50,060 nt of DNA from an uncultured Methylophilaceae bacterium (lineage in GTDB: Bacteria > Pseudomonadota > Gammaproteobacteria > Burkholderiales > Methylophilaceae), in the NCBI GenBank assembly GCA_903909015.1, contig CAIVUE010000133.1, positions 1 through 50,060 on the forward strand. Reading direction: 5' to 3'. Numbering within the stretch: position 1 is the stretch's first letter; each line of letters begins with the position of its first letter. Shown one piece after another: positions 21,618-31,118 of the stretch. The position numbers and the translations under genes are program-made. Below the pieces are notes generated by a model that worked only from the letters and a program-made list of their open reading frames with translations, made no database searches and had not been told where the DNA came from.

Positions 21618-21884
21618 ATGCGATTTGTTTACACAACCTTAGGAACACTAACCTTCATTCTTCTAACGGGGTTTGCCGTGAAGAATGCATATCCAGTAAC
21701 CTTGTTTTATTATCTAGGAGCTTCATGGCAAGCCCCGTTTTCACTCATATTGTTCATAGCATTCTTATCGGGAATAGTTGTCAGCTTAATTGCCGTCATG
21801 CCAACACTCATTAACCTTCGCCGTGAGTTAAATCGTTTACGAAAAGAAAATATTTACTCAAATAAGACACAAGGCGAAAAATAA
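21618..21884 (+). CDS. lapA: Lipopolysaccharide assembly protein A
   Basis: Two hydrophobic helices with FAVKN and YYLG..WQAP, basic C-terminal coil; ihfB-lapA-lapB-pyrF synteny. Confidence 0.88.
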   Translation: MRFVYTTLGTLTFILLTGFAVKNAYPVTLFYYLGASWQAPFSLILFIAFLSGIVVSLIAVMPTLINLRRELNRLRKENIYSNKTQGEK

Positions 21885-23047
21885 TGGATTTCGAATATTG
21901 GTGGCTTATTGCAATTCCCCTCTTTTTTGCACTTGGTTGGGTTGCAGCACGAATTGATATTAAGCAATTGCTATCTGAATCAACAAGCTTACCTGCTGCC
22001 TATTTTAAAGGCTTAAATTTTCTTATTACAGATCAGCAGGACAAAGCTATTGAAGCTTTTATAGAGGCTGCCCAGGCCAATGCAGAGTCATTGGAACTTC
22101 ACTTTGCTTTAGGTAGCTTATTTCGCCGCAGCGGAGAAGTAGACCGTGCAATTAATATGCATTTAAGCTTACTAGAGCGCAAAGAATTACCATCTGAACA
22201 ACGAAAAGCGATTAAGGCTGAGCTCGCGCAAGATTATCTAAAAGCAGGTCTATATGACCGAGCAGAAGAATTATTTAGCGGACTAGATGATAGTCGATAC
22301 AAACAACCTGCACTTCGCGCATTACTAGAAATTTATATCCGCGAGCGTGAATGGCAACGTGCTATTAAGACGGCAACCGAACTTGAACGCGTGTCTGGCG
22401 TTTCATTCCGTAAAGAAGTCGCCCAGTTCTATTGTGAAATGGCAATCAAGTCAATGCTTGACCAAGACGCTCATACTGCGCGACATGAGCTTGAAATGGC
22501 TTTAGATGCTAACAAAAATTGCGTAAGAGCCAATACCATGCTTGGGGATATGGAAGCGAATAGTAAAGCCCATAAGCTTGCAATTGGATTCTGGAAGCGC
22601 ATTGAATTTCAAAAGCCTGAGTATCTTGGCCTGGTTGCTCACAAGGTACTTAACAGCTACCGAGAGCTAGGTGAACTAAGTGAAGGAATTGATCTAATAA
22701 AAGAGTATTTTCAAAATTACAAGCTTCCAACTCTACTTTCTGTAGTTTTTGAGATAACTTTAGCGGAGCAAGGGGCGGATGCGGCAGCAAATCTAGCTCT
22801 TAAAGATTTGGAAAGAAAACCTAGCTTACAAACCCTAGATCAGCTTCTAAAAGCCCGTGGGCTCCAAAATGTAAATACCAATAACGACATTAACTTAATG
22901 CATCAAACTATCCGTTATGCGATAGGCAACCGCAATGCATATTATTGTGATCAATGCGGTTTTAAAGCTCGTAACTTCCATTGGCAATGTCCAGCCTGTA
23001 ATGCATGGGAATCGCTTCCTTCAGAACCTAAAGAAACTACCATTTGA
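21884..23047 (+). CDS. lapB: Lipopolysaccharide assembly protein B
   Basis: N-terminal TM helix, [23 protein letters not shown], TPRs, rubredoxin-like CDQCG...WQCPAC. Confidence 0.95.
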   Translation: MDFEYWWLIAIPLFFALGWVAARIDIKQLLSESTSLPAAYFKGLNFLITDQQDKAIEAFIEAAQANAESLELHFALGSLFRRSGEVDRAINMHLSLLERKELPSEQRKAIKAELAQDYLKAGLYDRAEELFSGLDDSRYKQPALRALLEIYIREREWQRAIKTATELERVSGVSFRKEVAQFYCEMAIKSMLDQDAHTARHELEMALDANKNCVRANTMLGDMEANSKAHKLAIGFWKRIEFQKPEYLGLVAHKVLNSYRELGELSEGIDLIKEYFQNYKLPTLLSVVFEITLAEQGADAAANLALKDLERKPSLQTLDQLLKARGLQNVNTNNDINLMHQTIRYAIGNRNAYYCDQCGFKARNFHWQCPACNAWESLPSEPKETTI

Positions 23048-23748
23048 ATCAAATGATACATAATCCAAAAATTGTTATCGCGTTAGATTACGCAAATCCT
23101 CAAGATGCAATTAATTTTGTAGAAAAGCTAGACCCAAAACTTTGTAGATTAAAAGTTGGTAAGGAGCTATTTACTGCCGCAGGCCCTCAACTGATTGAAA
23201 AACTGATCTCGAAAGATTTTAGCGTTTTTTTAGACCTGAAGTTTCACGACATACCCACAACTGTCTCTAAAGCATGTGAAGCAGCAAGCCGTTTAGGAGT
23301 CTGGATGTTAAATGTGCATGCCTCTGGTGGAGCTGCAATGATGGAAGCTGCGCGTGAGGGCGTAGAGCGATCAGGCCAAAATCCTTTACTCATTGCCGTT
23401 ACAGTTCTTACTAGCATGAATCAAAAAATGCTCAATGAGGTTGGCGTGGCTGGATCGGTTGCAGATCAAGTATTAAGTCTTGCTCAACTCACAAAAAAAT
23501 CTGGTCTAAATGGCGTTGTTTGCTCCGCGCAAGAAGCTTCTGTTTTACGTTATGCCCTCGGCAAAGAATTCTGCTTAGTTACCCCAGGAATTCGACCTTT
23601 AGATGCAAGCCTTGATGATCAATCTCGTGTAGTGACTCCGAAAAAAGCCTTAGAACTAGGGGCAAGCTATTTAGTAATTGGCCGTCCAATTACACAATCT
23701 GCAACACCGCTAGAAACACTTATAAAGATTAATCAAGAAATAATGTAA
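23044..23748 (+). CDS. pyrF: Orotidine-5'-phosphate decarboxylase
   Basis: [37 protein letters not shown]; start could instead be ATG 23053. Confidence 0.97.
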   Translation: MNQMIHNPKIVIALDYANPQDAINFVEKLDPKLCRLKVGKELFTAAGPQLIEKLISKDFSVFLDLKFHDIPTTVSKACEAASRLGVWMLNVHASGGAAMMEAAREGVERSGQNPLLIAVTVLTSMNQKMLNEVGVAGSVADQVLSLAQLTKKSGLNGVVCSAQEASVLRYALGKEFCLVTPGIRPLDASLDDQSRVVTPKKALELGASYLVIGRPITQSATPLETLIKINQEIM

Positions 23749-23787
23749 TAAAAAAACCCGCTTATGCGGGTTTTTTTATTACATTAT
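23740..23787. terminator. Bidirectional intrinsic terminator
   Basis: Perfect 22-bp inverted repeat ATAATGTAATAAAAAAACCCGC-TTAT-GCGGGTTTTTTTATTACATTAT between converging pyrF and metG. Confidence 0.93.
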
Positions 23788-23791
23788 AAAT

Positions 23792-25837
23792 CTATTTAAC
23801 CCGCATTCCAGGCTGAGCACCAGCATCTGGTGACAAAATAAACGGCCCACCGTGCTCATCGCTTGCAGCAAGCACCATGCCTTCAGACATACCAAATTTC
23901 ATTTTACGTGGTGCAAGATTTGCCACCATCAACGTTAAACGTCCAACCAAAGTTGCTGGATCATAAGCTGATTTAATCCCTGCAAAGACTTGGCGTGGAT
24001 TTGATTCACCAATATCCAGACTTAAACGCAATAATTTCTCAGCGCCTTCAACATGTTCAGCATTTACGATCTTAGCGATACGCAAATCCACTTTAGTAAA
24101 GTCATCAATCGATATGTAATCACTCGCATTTGCAAGATCTGCTTGAGTTTTAGATACTGTCTCGGGGGAATGTTGCAAAGTTTCTTTATTCGCTTCAGTC
24201 ATAGCTTCAATGTGTTTCGGATCAATTCTTGTAATTAAATGATTGTATTCGTTAATTGCATGACCATCAGCAAATGAGTCATTCACACTAGACCATGTAA
24301 GCGGCGAAATATTCAAGAATCGTTCAATATTTCCTGCTAAATCTGGCAAAGCTGGTTTTAAATAGAGGGTTAACAAGCGGAACATTTCAAGTGCGCTTGA
24401 ACAATCAGCATGTAATTTAGCTTCAGCAGCCATGCCTTCTTGCTTGGCCACAACCCAAGGTGCCGCATCTGCAACATCAGCATTAGCTAAATCAGCCAAA
24501 CGCATAATTTCACGTAGCGCACGGCTGTAATCGCGCGCCTCATAAGCTTTAGCAATCTCAGGCGCAGATGCTTTAATTGTTTCTACTACATCATGTTTGC
24601 ATGCTGACACTAATTTTCCAGCAAAGCGCTTATTAATAAAACCTGCGGTACGGCTGGCAATATTGATGTATTTGCCCACCAAGTCGCTATTCACACGCGC
24701 AACAAAGTCTTCAAGATTCAAATCTATATCTTCCATGCTGCCATTTAATTTAGCCGCATAGTAGTAGCGAAGATATTCAGGATTTTTTATATGGTCTAAA
24801 TAACTTCGGGCGGTAATAAATGTACCACGAGATTTAGACATCTTCTCTCCGTTAACCGTTAAGAATCCATGAGAGAAAACTTGTGTTGGTTTACGGTAGC
24901 CAGAATACTCAAGAGTTGCAGGCCAAAATAAAGCATGGAAATACAGAATGTCTTTACCTATAAAATGATAAAGCTCGGTTTTAGAATCAGCTTTCCAATA
25001 CTCATCGAAATCTAGGCCATTTTTTGCGCAAAGATTTTTAAAACTCGCCATGTAGCCAATAGGTGCATCTAACCAAACATAGAAATACTTACCCGGCGCA
25101 TCTGGAATCTCAAAGCCGAAATACGGCGCATCACGAGAGATATCCCAATCAGATAATTTATTTTCACCTGCCTCACCTATCCACTCGTTCATCTTATTGG
25201 CAGCCTCTTGCTGAAGGGTGCCAGAACGCGTCCAACTGCGTAAGAAATCAGTGCATTCTGAAAGCTTGAAGAAGTAATGTTCAGTTTCTTTTCTGACAGG
25301 CGCTGCGCCAGAAACTGCTGAAAATGGATTAATTAGCTCAGTTGGATTGTAGGTCGCGCCACATACCTCACAAGAATCACCATATTGATCCTTGGCATGG
25401 CACTTAGGGCACTCACCTTTGATAAAGCGATCCGGTAAAAACATGTTTTTAACTGGATCATAAAATTGCTCAATCGTTTTAGTCGAAATTTTGCCATTAG
25501 CTTTTAGTGCTTTATAGATAGCGCTTGCAAGCTCTTTGTTCTCAGGCGAATTAGTTGAGTAGTAGTTATCAAACTCAACTAAAAACTCAGAAAAATCTGC
25601 GTAATGCTCTGTGTGAACTTTTGCAATCAACGCCTCTGGAGTAATGCCTTCTTTTTCAGCGCGCAACATAATCGGTGTGCCGTGCGTGTCATCAGCACAA
25701 ACATAATGCACAGTATTGCCTTGCATCTTCTGAAAACGCACCCAAATATCGGTTTGAATATACTCAACCAAATGGCCTAAATGGATACTGCCATTGGCAT
25801 AAGGAAGTGCAGAAGTGACCAAAATTTTGCGGCTCAT
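23792..25837 (-). CDS. metG: Methionine-tRNA ligase
   Basis: [13 protein letters not shown], Zn knuckle CPKC...CEVC, KMSKS, C-terminal tRNA-binding OB domain. Confidence 0.98.
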   Translation of the reverse strand: MSRKILVTSALPYANGSIHLGHLVEYIQTDIWVRFQKMQGNTVHYVCADDTHGTPIMLRAEKEGITPEALIAKVHTEHYADFSEFLVEFDNYYSTNSPENKELASAIYKALKANGKISTKTIEQFYDPVKNMFLPDRFIKGECPKCHAKDQYGDSCEVCGATYNPTELINPFSAVSGAAPVRKETEHYFFKLSECTDFLRSWTRSGTLQQEAANKMNEWIGEAGENKLSDWDISRDAPYFGFEIPDAPGKYFYVWLDAPIGYMASFKNLCAKNGLDFDEYWKADSKTELYHFIGKDILYFHALFWPATLEYSGYRKPTQVFSHGFLTVNGEKMSKSRGTFITARSYLDHIKNPEYLRYYYAAKLNGSMEDIDLNLEDFVARVNSDLVGKYINIASRTAGFINKRFAGKLVSACKHDVVETIKASAPEIAKAYEARDYSRALREIMRLADLANADVADAAPWVVAKQEGMAAEAKLHADCSSALEMFRLLTLYLKPALPDLAGNIERFLNISPLTWSSVNDSFADGHAINEYNHLITRIDPKHIEAMTEANKETLQHSPETVSKTQADLANASDYISIDDFTKVDLRIAKIVNAEHVEGAEKLLRLSLDIGESNPRQVFAGIKSAYDPATLVGRLTLMVANLAPRKMKFGMSEGMVLAASDEHGGPFILSPDAGAQPGMRVK

Positions 25838-25955
25838 GAATTTCTATCTATATATAAATTGTTCGAATACGCCCATTTTAACAAATGACGGGCGCTTTCA
25901 CATGCGTTAAAATTAACTTAATCTTTTACTCAAGAATTATTGCAAGGAAAACTAA

Positions 25956-27044
25956 ATGGCAATTTCGGAATTAGACGTTCAAAACAACCTTAGAACGCTT
26001 GTGGATCCTAATACTGACGAAGATTTTATCAGTAGCAAATCAGCTAAAAACATTCAAATTGCTAACAACGATGTTTCATTAGATATCGTATTGGGATATC
26101 CAGCTAAAAGCGTATTGGCCGACATTAAAACACTTGTTGAGCACAAATTAAAAACTATTGCTGGTATTGGTAACGTAACCGTCAACATTGGTAGCAGAAT
26201 TGTTCCACACAGCGCGCAGCGCGGTGTCCCTCTCATCCCAAACGTCAAAAACATTATAGCTGTCGCATCTGGCAAAGGCGGCGTTGGCAAATCTACCACT
26301 GCTGTAAACATTGCCCTCGCTCTTGCTGAAGAGGGCGCTAACGTTGGTATTTTAGATGCCGATATTTATGGCCCTAGCCAACCACAAATGCTGGGAATTT
26401 CAGGTCGTCCAGATAGCGCTGACGGTAAAAGCATAGAGCCTATGCAGGCACACGGCATTCAAGCAATGTCGATTGGCTTCTTAGTCGATGTCGACACCCC
26501 CATGGTTTGGCGTGGTCCTATGGTAACAGGGGCTTTAGAACAACTCCTCCGTGATACTCGTTGGAAAGACCTAGATTATTTAATTATCGACCTGCCTCCA
26601 GGCACAGGCGATATCCAATTAACGCTTTCACAAAAAGTGCCTGTCACTGGCGCAATTATTGTGACCACGCCTCAAGACATTGCCCTTTTAGACGCTCGAA
26701 AAGGCCTCAAAATGTTTGAAAAAGTAGGCATTCCAATTTTAGGGATTGTAGAAAATATGAGCACACATATTTGCTCAAAATGTGGCCATGAAGAACATAT
26801 CTTTGGTGCGGGTGGTGGCGAGGCAATGTGCAAAGATTACAACGTGGATTTACTTGGTAGCTTGCCGCTCGATATTAAAATTCGTGAGCAATCAGATGGT
26901 GGGAGACCAACAGTGATCAGCGAACCAACCAGCCAAATTGCTGGCATTTACAAACAAATCGCAAGAAAGACAGCCTCCAAGCTATCTCAACTCGCGCTGG
27001 ATCACAGCAGTAAATTCCCAAACATTGTAATTCAAAACACATAA
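25956..27044 (+). CDS. apbC: Iron-sulfur cluster carrier ApbC/Mrp
   Basis: SGKGGVGKST, DADIYGPS, DLPPGTGD, VTTPQ, ENMS..ICSKC. Confidence 0.96.
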   Translation: MAISELDVQNNLRTLVDPNTDEDFISSKSAKNIQIANNDVSLDIVLGYPAKSVLADIKTLVEHKLKTIAGIGNVTVNIGSRIVPHSAQRGVPLIPNVKNIIAVASGKGGVGKSTTAVNIALALAEEGANVGILDADIYGPSQPQMLGISGRPDSADGKSIEPMQAHGIQAMSIGFLVDVDTPMVWRGPMVTGALEQLLRDTRWKDLDYLIIDLPPGTGDIQLTLSQKVPVTGAIIVTTPQDIALLDARKGLKMFEKVGIPILGIVENMSTHICSKCGHEEHIFGAGGGEAMCKDYNVDLLGSLPLDIKIREQSDGGRPTVISEPTSQIAGIYKQIARKTASKLSQLALDHSSKFPNIVIQNT

Positions 27045-27047
27045 GCA

Positions 27048-27073
27048 AAAAGCCACGAATTTTCGGGGCTTTT
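27048..27073. terminator. Probable bidirectional terminator
   Basis: AAAAGCCACGAA-TT-TTCGGGGCTTTT (one mismatch) between converging apbC and pgl. Confidence 0.7.
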
Positions 27074-27100
27074 CATGACCATATGATTTAGATATTTCGC

Positions 27101-27802
27101 TTAAAAATTTACGCCAAAGCAATAAACATCCACTCCATTTTTCGGTGTAATCAAATTGGCTGGAATCGCAATGCCATTTCGCCAGTTATTAACTGCATCT
27201 TGCTTGCCAGCACCAGTCACCAAGAAAATCACCTCTCTTGTATTACTTAAACGTTGCTGACTCAATGTAATACGATCCGCGGGGGGTTTTGGCGCATTAA
27301 ACACAGGCACCGCGTCGGCTGAATTATCTACAGGCTGATTTGGGAATAAGCTTGCTGTGTGACCGTCTTCTCCTAAACCCAACAACACTAAATCAAACTC
27401 AGGCGCGCCAGCCAGAATATTAGAGTAAGCCTTAGCCCCTTCAATATTGCCTAACTCTGCAGGAATGTCGTGGATCTGACTAGCCGGAATTTCAACGTGG
27501 TTAAGCCAAGTGGTCCGGGCCATCAAACTATTGCGCTCAGAATCGTCGACAGGCAAACAACGGTCGTCATTGTGATAAACATGCCAATGCGCCCAATTGG
27601 CTTTAGCATCTTTAAGTAATGCATATACGCTTTTAGGCGTCCCTCCCCCCGCCAAAACAATCGAAAAATGACCACGTGCGGCGATCGCTTCATCAGCAGC
27701 AGCTAAAATTCTGTTTAGGGTTGCATGATTAATTGCATCTTGTGTTTTGAAATCGTGCCAACGGCTGATTTGCTTTGATTTTTCTTGGTTTCTGTTTTGC
27801 AT
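27101..27802 (-). CDS. pgl: 6-phosphogluconolactonase (DevB type)
   Basis: LAGGGTP, DDRCLP, LLGLGEDGHTASLFP, APKPPADRITL. Confidence 0.95.
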   Translation of the reverse strand: MQNRNQEKSKQISRWHDFKTQDAINHATLNRILAAADEAIAARGHFSIVLAGGGTPKSVYALLKDAKANWAHWHVYHNDDRCLPVDDSERNSLMARTTWLNHVEIPASQIHDIPAELGNIEGAKAYSNILAGAPEFDLVLLGLGEDGHTASLFPNQPVDNSADAVPVFNAPKPPADRITLSQQRLSNTREVIFLVTGAGKQDAVNNWRNGIAIPANLITPKNGVDVYCFGVNF

Positions 27803-27910
27803 GATGCAAAGCCTTCACGTTATAATTGCAATCTATTTTAATGAATCAATTTAGCCCGCCATCTTACCCAAAAGGACGACGGCAGACTATATCCTAATCA
27901 AGGAAAAATA

Positions 27911-28834
27911 ATGAAACTTGCAATGATAGGCTTGGGCAAGATGGGAGGAAACATGACCTCACGCTTGCTTCGTAACGGTATTGAAGTTGTTGGTTATGAT
28001 AGAAATATAGAGGTTGTGACAAAGCTGGCCGAGACTGAAGGCATGGTTGCAGCATGTTCAGTCCCCGATGCAGTTTCAAAACTAGGAAATAATGGTGAAA
28101 AACGGATTGTTTGGTTAATGCTACCAAGCGGCGAACCCACTGAAATTGAAATTCAAAATCTTGCTCATATGCTTTCTAAAGGCGACATCATTATTGATGG
28201 TGGCAATTCAAATTACAAAGATAGCCAACGCCGTGGCGTTTGGTTGGCTGAGCGTGGTATTGGTTTTATGGATGCCGGCACATCAGGAGGTATCTGGGGC
28301 TTGGAGAACGGCTACTGCCTAATGGTAGGCAGCACACCCGAAATCGCAAAAGTGGTTGAACCTATCCTCATAGCACTTGCACCATCTAAAGAGAACGGTT
28401 GGGCGCACGTAGGTCCAGTAGGCGCAGGTCACTTTACTAAGATGATTCATAACGGTATTGAATACGGCATGATGCAAGCAATGGCCGAAGGCCTAGATTT
28501 ATTAAAAGGCAAAACAGATTTCAATTTAGATTTAGCTCAAGTTACAGAATTATGGAGACATGGCTCAGTAGTTCGTAGCTGGCTATTGGATTTAACAGCT
28601 GATGCTCTTAAAGAAGACCAAGAATTAACAGCAGTAGCTCCTTACGTTGCAGACTCTGGCGAAGGTCGTTGGACAGTAATGGAATCAGTCGAGCAAGGTG
28701 TAGCAGCACCAGTATTAACACTTGCATTACAAGCTCGCTTTAGAAGCCAAGATGCTACGGGCTACAGCTATAAATTATTATCAATGATGCGTAATGGCTT
28801 TGGCGGTCATTTCGTCAAATCTGTTAACGACTAA
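27911..28834 (+). CDS. gnd: 6-phosphogluconate dehydrogenase, short (about 300-aa) type
   Basis: IGLGKMG, IIDGGNS, DAGTSGG, GHFTKMIHNGIEYG, DSGEGRWT, MRNGFGGH. Confidence 0.95.
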   Translation: MKLAMIGLGKMGGNMTSRLLRNGIEVVGYDRNIEVVTKLAETEGMVAACSVPDAVSKLGNNGEKRIVWLMLPSGEPTEIEIQNLAHMLSKGDIIIDGGNSNYKDSQRRGVWLAERGIGFMDAGTSGGIWGLENGYCLMVGSTPEIAKVVEPILIALAPSKENGWAHVGPVGAGHFTKMIHNGIEYGMMQAMAEGLDLLKGKTDFNLDLAQVTELWRHGSVVRSWLLDLTADALKEDQELTAVAPYVADSGEGRWTVMESVEQGVAAPVLTLALQARFRSQDATGYSYKLLSMMRNGFGGHFVKSVND

Positions 28835-28900
28835 GCACAAAACTATGGCGACCGTTCAACAATGGTCGCTTATCAACCCCGAATTTAGGAAATTGAAGTA

Positions 28901-30409
28901 ATGAGTAAACAAATCGATCCTTGTACCCTTGTCTTATTTGGCGCTAGTGGAAATTTATCTCGTATCAAATTGATCCCTGGCCTTTTCCGTTTAGACGCTG
29001 CCGGCCGTTTAGCAGACCATATGGTTATATTATCTGTAGGTCGCGGCGAAGTATCTCAAGAAGATTGGCATAAAGAAATCAAAGGAATGTTGGATGCCAA
29101 ATTTAAAGGTGGCTACGACGCAGAGATATTTAAACGTTTTATAGCCCGCAATCACTACCACGCCAACCCGCCAAGCGATCCCAAGGCTTTCGAAAAAATG
29201 CGTAACAAGCTTAGTGATGAAAAAGTATTTCCTCAAAACCTAGCTTATTTCTTATCTGTACGTCCTACTGACTTTGCACCAGTTGTGGAACAACTTTCAG
29301 GCGTTGGCTTACTTGACGAAAGCAAATATTGGCGCCGTGTTTTGATTGAAAAACCATTTGGTACAGACCTAGCAAGCGCACAAGACCTTCAATCAAAAAT
29401 TACTAAGCACTTAAAAGAAAGTCAAATTTATCGTATTGACCATTATCTTGGTAAATCAGCGATTCAAAACATCATGCTGACTCGCTTCACCAATGCGCTT
29501 TTTGAACCTCTTTGGAACAGCGAGTATATCGACCACGTTCAAATTACTAACAATGAAACATTAGGCGTTGGTGAGCGTACAACTTTTTATGATTCAACTG
29601 GTGCACTTCGTGATATGTTCCAAAGCCATTTACTCCAAACTTTGGCATTGGTGGCAATGGAAAAACCAAAAGATTTAACGCCTGATAGCATTCGTACAGA
29701 AAAAATCAAAGTTTTAGAATCCATTCGGCCAATTGATCTAAAAAACTTTAATAAACAAGTATTCCGCGCGCAATATGCAGCTGGTCGTGTTTGTGCGAGT
29801 GATGGCCACGGCGAAAATGTTCCTGGCTATCTAGACGAAATAAAACGTGATGGACTTGGAGACTCAAGCTACACAGAAACCTACGCTGCTGTTAAGTTGT
29901 TTATTGACAACCCACGCTGGAATGGCGTGCCATTTTATGTCCGCACAGGCAAAAGAATGCATGAAGGCAACACAGCGATTGCGATTCGTTTCAAACAATC
30001 CCCGATGGAATTAAAAGAGGGCCAACATCACAACTGGCTTATCATTAATATTCAACCACGTGAGTGTGTAAAAATTGAGATGGAATCAAAGATTCCTGGC
30101 TTGGACATCGCAACACGGACCATGAGTATCGATGGTCCACAGCGTCAACAAGGCGACGAAAGCATTGATTCTTATGAAACATTGATGTTGAACTTAATGG
30201 AAGGTGACCCTTCACAATACCTTCACATCAGTGAAGTCGAAGCACAATGGCGCTTAGTGGACCAAATTGTTAATGCTTGGGCTAAAGATAAAACGCCTTT
30301 GCATCAATACCGCGCTGGTAACAGAGATCCAGAAGAATCTAGCATCATTTTTGAAGCTGAAGATCAATTCTGGCGTTACAGCATTGAACTAGGTGGCGAT
30401 CAGCACTAA
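28901..30409 (+). CDS. zwf: Glucose-6-phosphate 1-dehydrogenase
   Basis: FGASGNL, EKPFG, RIDHYLGK, GALRDMFQSH, RWNGVPFYVRTGK. Confidence 0.96.
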   Translation: MSKQIDPCTLVLFGASGNLSRIKLIPGLFRLDAAGRLADHMVILSVGRGEVSQEDWHKEIKGMLDAKFKGGYDAEIFKRFIARNHYHANPPSDPKAFEKMRNKLSDEKVFPQNLAYFLSVRPTDFAPVVEQLSGVGLLDESKYWRRVLIEKPFGTDLASAQDLQSKITKHLKESQIYRIDHYLGKSAIQNIMLTRFTNALFEPLWNSEYIDHVQITNNETLGVGERTTFYDSTGALRDMFQSHLLQTLALVAMEKPKDLTPDSIRTEKIKVLESIRPIDLKNFNKQVFRAQYAAGRVCASDGHGENVPGYLDEIKRDGLGDSSYTETYAAVKLFIDNPRWNGVPFYVRTGKRMHEGNTAIAIRFKQSPMELKEGQHHNWLIINIQPRECVKIEMESKIPGLDIATRTMSIDGPQRQQGDESIDSYETLMLNLMEGDPSQYLHISEVEAQWRLVDQIVNAWAKDKTPLHQYRAGNRDPEESSIIFEAEDQFWRYSIELGGDQH

Positions 30410-30521
30410 TTCTGTCATTACAGACCACAAATTGCCTGCGCGAATTGTCAGTAAAATGTCATAATGCGTGGGCATTTTAATTTAGTAATTTTTTGTTTTT
30501 TAATGGATGGTTGAGTTAATA

Positions 30522-31097
30522 ATGAGCATTAAATCAGATAAGTGGATACGCCGCATGGCCGAACAACACGGCATGATTGAACCGTTTGAGCCAAATCAGG
30601 TAAAAGTTAATGCTGATGGTCAACGTGTTGTTTCATACGGCACCTCAAGCTACGGATATGACATTCGTTGCTCAAAAGAATTTAAGCTTTTCACCAACAT
30701 CAATAGCACTATTGTTGACCCAAAAAACTTCGACCCGAATTCATTCGTGGAAGTAAATGCGGATTACTGCATTATTCCACCTAACTCATTTGCACTAGCC
30801 CGCACCGTTGAGTATTTCCGTATTCCTCGCAATGTATTGACTGTTTGCTTAGGAAAATCCACTTACGCACGTTGCGGAATCATTGTGAATGTCACGCCGT
30901 TTGAACCAGAGTGGGAAGGTTACGTTACGCTTGAGTTCAGTAATACAACTCCACTTCCAGCCAAAATCTACGCTAACGAGGGTTGTGCGCAAGTACTTTT
31001 CTTTGAAGCGGATGAAGATGACATTTGCGAAACTAGTTATAAAGACCGTGGCGGAAAATATCAAGGCCAAGTCGGTGTAACTCTGCCAAAAATCTAG
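30522..31097 (+). CDS. dcd: dCTP deaminase
   Basis: Start moved to MSIKSDKW; [33 protein letters not shown]. Confidence 0.96.
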   Translation: MSIKSDKWIRRMAEQHGMIEPFEPNQVKVNADGQRVVSYGTSSYGYDIRCSKEFKLFTNINSTIVDPKNFDPNSFVEVNADYCIIPPNSFALARTVEYFRIPRNVLTVCLGKSTYARCGIIVNVTPFEPEWEGYVTLEFSNTTPLPAKIYANEGCAQVLFFEADEDDICETSYKDRGGKYQGQVGVTLPKI

Positions 31098-31118
31098 GCA
31101 TCGAAATAAGGTTACTCA

